Assembly: GCA_951406725.2 (NCBI GenBank)
Contig: OX597823.1
Coordinates: 66,154,001-66,218,000 of the forward strand
DNA: 64,000 nt
Reading direction: 5' to 3'
From: Octopus vulgaris
Taxonomy: Eukaryota
Shown here: positions 54,901 through 64,000 of the stretch, one piece after another
Numbering within the stretch: position 1 is the first letter of the stretch
Layout: each line of letters starts with the position of its first letter
Position numbers and translations under genes: made by a program
The notes under the pieces: generated by a model
Databases searched by the model: none
What the model saw: only the letters and a program-made list of their open reading frames with translations
What the model was told of the DNA's origin: nothing

Positions 54901-55480
54901 CTATAATTATTTCCTCTGTATGATCTTCTCTAGCTGCAGCTTCGTTCATTTTATCCGATATTGCTTGTCTAACTTGATCAATCTCTACTTCAGTCAGTAA
55001 TTTTTTTTATAATGTTTCTTCTGACGTTGACAAGTTTGTTACTGTCTATGTAGGGTCTTACTTCAGGGTGTTTCTGTCTCCAGTTTAAGTATGTTTGTAC
55101 AGTGTTAGATTTATCTGTGAGGAAATATATGGCATGGTAGAAGGCCTCAAGAACTTCTTTATTATCTTCCCTAGACCATTTTTCCTTCTTTTTCTTTTGA
55201 TTATTTGGTGACGAGCATGGATGGCCATCTGTTGGAATATTCCGGTTGTGGAGTACGTCCAGCTCCTGTGTGTTGGGAATATTTGATCCAGTAGCTGATT
55301 TTTCAATCAGAATTTGGTTCAATTTTCGGGTACGTGGTCTTTTGTAATCCGCGCAACGACCAATGCGGTTTATTGTTTGATTTGTTGACATTGAAGCATG
55401 ACGAGCTGCCATTCTTATATTAGGAGATGGATATGTCAGTTTACGGTTCTCTACACGTAAGCATTGCTCGTAGCGCATCT
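51925..55480 (-). mobile_element. Near full-length R4/Dong-clade non-LTR retrotransposon (RT plus restriction-like endonuclease), pseudogenised
   Basis: Ordered ORF pieces: [91 protein letters not shown]. Confidence 0.95.
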
Positions 55481-56149
55481 TCTTAAGGCTAGTAGATCTG
55501 TATTCGTCTGTATTTTTTTTTGTTGATAGTTTTATCTCCGAACATTTTTTTCCCTTCTCTTCCTTTTTTCCTCTCTCTTTCTCTCTATCTCCTTCTTCCC
55601 ATTTATCCTTCCTTCATTTCCCTTCCTCTTTTAAACTTATAAAAGGCTCACTCTGCCTGTATTAGCTCGGAATAATGAGAATAGAATACGGAGAAAGAAA
55701 AGAAAAAAGGGATCTGTCAGTTATTATTGTTATTACTATCACCTTCATCACCATCACCATCATCATCATCATCAACATCACCATCACCATCATCATCATC
55801 AGTGACATTGTTTTATGTGTAGTCACAGCCATCATCAACACCACTACTGCCATTGTGTGGGGGATTAATTGGTTAAAGAGGTCATGTTCTATGGGTCTAT
55901 AAATAGATTCAGCAGATGGTGGAGACAAAGGATGTTAATAGTCAGTAAAAGGTCAAACCTGTTTACATTTTTTTTCCTTTCTCTTTTCTTCCTTTCCACA
56001 TACATATTTATATGTATACTCACACACACATATTATCTGATGTTTACGTCGATGATTTTTTTTTTAATTACTGAATTCAATGTTATGTATATATTTTTTA
56101 AATTTCTGAAATCAGTTGTATGTATATATTAGCAGGTGCTTAATTCCAT

Positions 56150-58900
<2,751 letters not shown>

Positions 58901-59097
58901 AAATTATCATATCTTTAGAATACCTTCTCTGATAAGTTCTGGGATTTTTTTGCAGTCTTCGATTCCAATTTGTTCCAAAAATACCAGCATCGTAGTACTC
59001 TTTTGCTCTGCAGGATGTACAGGTGCCTTATGGAAATTCTCTTCATCGAGACCAAACCATTAAAATGGTCCTCTGTCAATATTAATATAACATACGT

Positions 59098-59468
59098 CGG
59101 CCAGCTGGTAGTAACCTTAGCACGCCCGCCAAAATGCATAATGGCCTTTCGTACGTCTTTACGGTCTGAGTAAAAATTTAACCGAGTCGACTTTGCCGTT
59201 CATCCTCTCGATGTAATCGACTTACCCGGCGTCCTGGTGTCAAAATCTCAAACCAACATTAAGAGAGTATAAGACGGCAAGATGTGAAAATAGTACGTCG
59301 GGCCATTTCATGCGTGTTTACGCTTTGAGTTCAAATTCCCCCGAGGCTGACTCTACCTTTCATATGTCGGAGTAGATAAAATATGTACCAGTGGAACACT
59401 GGGGTCGATGTAATCGACTCACCCATTCGCTCGAACTTGCTGGTTTTGTGTTAAAATTTGAAATCAAT
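59098..59468 (+). mobile_element. Two tandem diverged SINE family 1 copies
   Basis: gtcgactttgcc, gatgtaatcgact, gagttcaaattccc blocks. Confidence 0.72.
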
Positions 59469-59850
59469 ATCAAGACAGCATAAAAACCAGACACATAAAA
59501 TACCATAAATACTGATGTTTCCCAGTCTATTGTCTTTTACAGCATCTAATTTATGATGCTTCTATATATCAAGTCTCAATATGTGCAGACCTAGAGCACT
59601 CAGAAAATAACACGGTATCTTAAAGTAGAAAGGACAAACTGTGAGAGTGATATAGTTTCATAAATTTTACGACATTATAGGCACAGGTTTCTTAATGCAT
59701 GAACGTTATTTTAATAATCAGATTGTTCTGAAGTGGCAGGTCTTCTGGCGAGAACAGTTATTTAATGTTTCTCATTCACATTGTAGATTTTCTGAAGGTA
59801 TAAATGCAAAAAATATAAATATAGAAATATATTCTCGTAAATTATATATG

Positions 59851-59956
<106 letters not shown>

Positions 59957-60647
59957 CGTGTGTGTGTATGTGTGTGTGTGTGTGAGCGCGTGTATGTGTG
60001 TGTGTGTATGTATATAGGTGAATATTGTGATGTCTGAAAATCTACTAAAATTATAGTGTATACCACTAGAGTTCAGAAACATAGGATTGTCAACTCACCA
60101 GTAAAGTAAGTAAAACATTCTGATATCATAACCGTTTCAAAATATTACCGTAACGATAATGATTTATAGGTAGTCTCACTGGGGAGAATTATAGAAACAA
60201 GTCATGAGATCTCAATGCAAATGGAAAATAATCCAATTAATCATTCTTTTTCTGCCCACAAAAATTTTATATTTAAAAGAATACTTTTTTACATTTGTCT
60301 ATAGATAGAATATCGTTTACCTCTACTCATCACAAATATTCATTCTTGACTCTACTACTAGACGAAATGTAATCGAAATGTTATAGAAGATGATATCTCA
60401 CAGCTCTACTTGATATGGTCTATATTATTGACTTTGGAAGCTTGAGTTTCTATGCAGCGAAATTTTAACTCAGAATGTAGTATATTGGGCCTCAAAGCTG
60501 CGCGGCATTTTGTCTAGCTCACACGCCTGCCTTTTTACCAGGATCAAACTAGAGGTGAGATACAGAACACAGTAAATTTTACCAACATATAAAGATTCCT
60601 GGCATTTTTGACACTAAATAAAATACTACTTAGTATTCATTAAAATA

Positions 60648-61493
60648 CGAGGTCTTATCAATAAGTATCCGGACTGCTGCTATAGGAAGGAAGTTAAAAC
60701 AAGCAGAGTAAAGCCGTTTGACAAAAATTGACCTTGATCCCTCTTATTTATGTGTATTAAGTTTTAATGTTCTGGCTCACTACCACTGTTTACAGCATTG
60801 CTTGGAAGGAGAGTGTGTAGCGTGTGATCGTCGCACTGACCATGACACAGAAAATTGTCATGGTGATACCTGCTCAGTATCATATACAAAGTTGCAGAAA
60901 GTGTATGAAGAGGAGTATATGAGCTCACACAAGTGTACGAGTGTTTCAGACATTTTTAAGATGGCCGAAAAATTGTCGATATTGACGAACGTTCTGGGAT
61001 ATCTACAACCAGCAGAACTGAGAAAAACATCGCAGATATGCGTGCAACTGAGAGGGGAAATCGTCGAATCACCAACTATGAGTTATCAGAGGATGTGCAG
61101 ATTAATTACGATTCAGTTCAGTCCAATATCACGTGTCTGCCAAATTTGTACCAAAGCCGCTTTGAGTTGTCCAAGAAGACACTCGGGTTTCAGGTGCAAA
61201 AGACCTCTTCGATCGTGTCGAGAACCAAATTAAAGCTTTGCGTAGGCATCTGAGCAGGTATCACCAAGCTTTTGGCAACATTTGATGCAAATTCTCCGCT
61301 CAACTTTCTCTGCCATGATCAATGCGACGATCATACGCTACACGCCTTCCTTCTAAACACTGTTGTAAACATCAGAAGTGAGCTAGAACGTTAAAACGTA
61401 CTGTTCATGCACAGCAATGTTAAAGCAGCTTTACTCTGAGTGCTTTAGCTTCGTTACTATGCAGCAGTCCGAGTACTTATTGATCAGACCCCG
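60648..61493 (+). mobile_element. Mariner derivative with ~230-bp inverted ends
   Basis: TA|cgaggtcttatcaataagta..tacttattgatcagaccccg|TA; HTH remnant FKDGRKIVDIDERSG. Confidence 0.88.
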
Positions 61494-61885
61494 TATTACT
61501 AACTACTCAGCGCAATGCCATTCAGAATCATCTTTACCATCATTACAGTTACGCTATATGAGGAATTTTTTTTTCGGAAATGGTAGTTTTCCTTATATAC
61601 CACCAATAGAATAGATATGAATTCTTCTAATTTTCGTAGTTTTGAAGTATAAAAATATATACAACTTACTCCGAACGTTGTAAATGGAATCTTGTAACTT
61701 GTTGCATGAATCTTCTTCTGAAAATATTTTGCATCAGTTAACACTCGCTTAAAACAACGGAAGACGTTCTTCTTAGCAGATACGGACTGATAAATCCTCA
61801 TTACTATATGGTTAAAAAGTATATTTTTAAACTCTACTTCATCCACTTGTTTATCCTCCATAAATCAGATGAATCCTGTAGAACG

Positions 61886-61921
<36 letters not shown>

Positions 61922-62749
61922 GGTATAATTTATATTCCATTATGAACTTTGCGTGCGCTGCTTATAAAAGTGTAAATGCTTAATCCTTCATGAATATCTA
62001 TTCCAATTCTCGAGATAGCTTATCTTGGATTTGTAATAATTATCTTTGCATTGACTTTTCTTGTCACGTACACTGCAGTGAATAATCTAAATTTATTCTA
62101 CACTAGATATCGAATAAATGCACGCTAATGATATTAGACATTATTTTTGTGTATCATAGAACACTTAACTAAATGTGAGACAAACTTCGACATGACTCAC
62201 GCAGTGAGAGAAGATAACTAAATAAAATTATGTATCAAAGGAGATCTTTGAACGTTTTGTCCTGAATAATCATTTCAGTCTCCACTCTATAATAATAATA
62301 ATACTTTTTCTTTCTAATTTAGTTATATGACATGAATAAATTTTGAATGAATGGGGCTACTGGTAGTTTATTTTATCAACTCAAAAATGTTAAGAAGAAA
62401 CTTTGACTCCAAGGGTTTTGAATCGAAAACGTAAACAATAGGAGAAAATACAGCAGATAGAAAATTACACCCAGAAAGCCAAATGAAGAAATACTGTACA
62501 TAGTAACGAGGATTCCAGAGAATGATTGACGATAATTGAAAAATAATTAGAGTCTACTGTGAACAAAACAATATATCTATTATGTGCCTTTCGGGATCGA
62601 TAAATTAAGAAACAATTGCGTACTGAAGTTGAGCAAATCGACAGGCCCCCTCGCCAAAAATTTCGGCCATGTGCCTAGAGTAGAAAAGTATATATACATT
62701 CTGTATTACATTTTATCATATGTCTGTGTGTGTGTCTGTTTTATTTAAG

Positions 62750-63455
62750 CCATCCCAGTGATATGTTACTCAGTAGTTTTCATGACATGCCACCATGGTC
62801 TTAATGAAGGCTGGGGCGTGGTTTTCACATTCCAGTTTGTTCTGGGCTTTTTCATGCGAAATTGCTTTTGCTTCACCGCCAGCAGCTTGGAGACCAATTT
62901 TACCGACACTCACCGCGTACACAAAAGTTTCGCTGACATTCACTGACCCGGAAATACACCGATCCTGTTCTTATTTCCACTTCATGAGCAATTTCTTAGA
63001 TTGTTACACGACGGTCTGTCATGACCATTCACCGAACCTTTTTAATCGGCTCCTCGTTTCAGCTGCAAATGGCCTGCCTGAGTGTGCGTCGCTCTTACAG
63101 AGGTGCAGCCATGTTTGAAACAGTTGTACCACTCTTTGATCTGCGTTTTGTCCATCATCGCCAAAGTCCTGCTGAATATTCTGGATGGTTTGAGCTTCAG
63201 TATCAAGTTTCTGGCAAAGCTCTTTGCAATATCTCTGTTCAATGTGCATGGCCATCTTGAGTGAAAACGGAAATTCCGACGAGCGCTGATTACATGTCTC
63301 TACTCTAGGCATAACCGCCGGTAAATGACCGGCCCGAAAGTTTTTGAAGGTGCACAGGAAGGGTGGCTTCACCTCCCACCTAAGAGGATTTTCTCCCGAG
63401 CGGTAGTAGTGGTGGAGGTAAAAAATAATGTCAGATACTTTTTGAACCCAACTCA
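62750..63455 (-). mobile_element. Truncated mariner (5' half)
   Basis: TIR-like gagttgggttcaaaaagtatctgac; EQRYCKELCQKL, QIKEWYNCFKHG, SDAHSGRP. Confidence 0.85.
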
Positions 63456-64000
63456 TGTGTGTGAATGAGTGTGTGTGTGTGTGTGTGGTGAGGTATGTCT
63501 GCCTGTCTATGCCTGTTAATGATATAAAATTAATGAATAATATAGTTTTTATTCTTCATACCTACTAGCGAAAATGATGGCATGTTTCATCCTTGTTTTA
63601 ACCTGATCAATTCATTGTGGTTTATTTTCGTGATTAGTGCGATAGCTTATCGAATACAGTTCAATAAATAGATGAACTGAATCAAATAGCTCGCTTTTAT
63701 CTGTCTAGTGCCGATAAACAAAGTATTGGTTTTTCGCAATGGAGTAGCAGAGACGCTAGATTGCTGCATAGAGTGACGTGCAGCATTTGTCCAAGTATTT
63801 CGGGCTCTTCAGAATTCAAATTTTACCGTATCTTGCTTGGAGATCGATATACTTATTCTTTCATTTAGTATAATACTATGACCTAGTTTTTCGGTGTATC
63901 TTGCATTCAGTGAATTTGTCAATTTTCCTTTAAATATTCGCATCATTTCTTGTCTAAAGAACAATGAATTAATTATATGAGTATAGAAAATGATGCCGTA

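Overview
AT-rich, microsatellite-dense animal genomic DNA with no confidently identifiable host gene. The SINE, Penelope-like and mariner repertoire looks like an octopus genome; this is inferred from repeat recognition and not verified. Most ORFs in the supplied track are translations of simple repeats. The real coding remnants are decayed transposons: a near full-length R4/Dong LINE, a second Dong fragment, an RTE fragment, a CR1/L2-like 3' end, several Penelope-like (RT and GIY-YIG) fragments, mariners and a Helitron. The main signal is non-coding: about a dozen minimal type I hammerhead ribozyme (HHR) motifs from many unrelated short repeat families. Two are complete insertions with target-site duplications (TSDs), at 3774-4782 and 21974-22685. 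Both are built from ~360-nt HHR monomers in an inverted-plus-tandem layout resembling retrozymes or Penelope pseudo-LTRs (pLTRs). Both share a second, unassigned structured domain downstream of the HHR. There is also a tRNA-headed HHR element and an old ~2.8-kb inverted duplication of unidentified sequence. All alignments and folds were made by eye, and boundaries of decayed elements are approximate.
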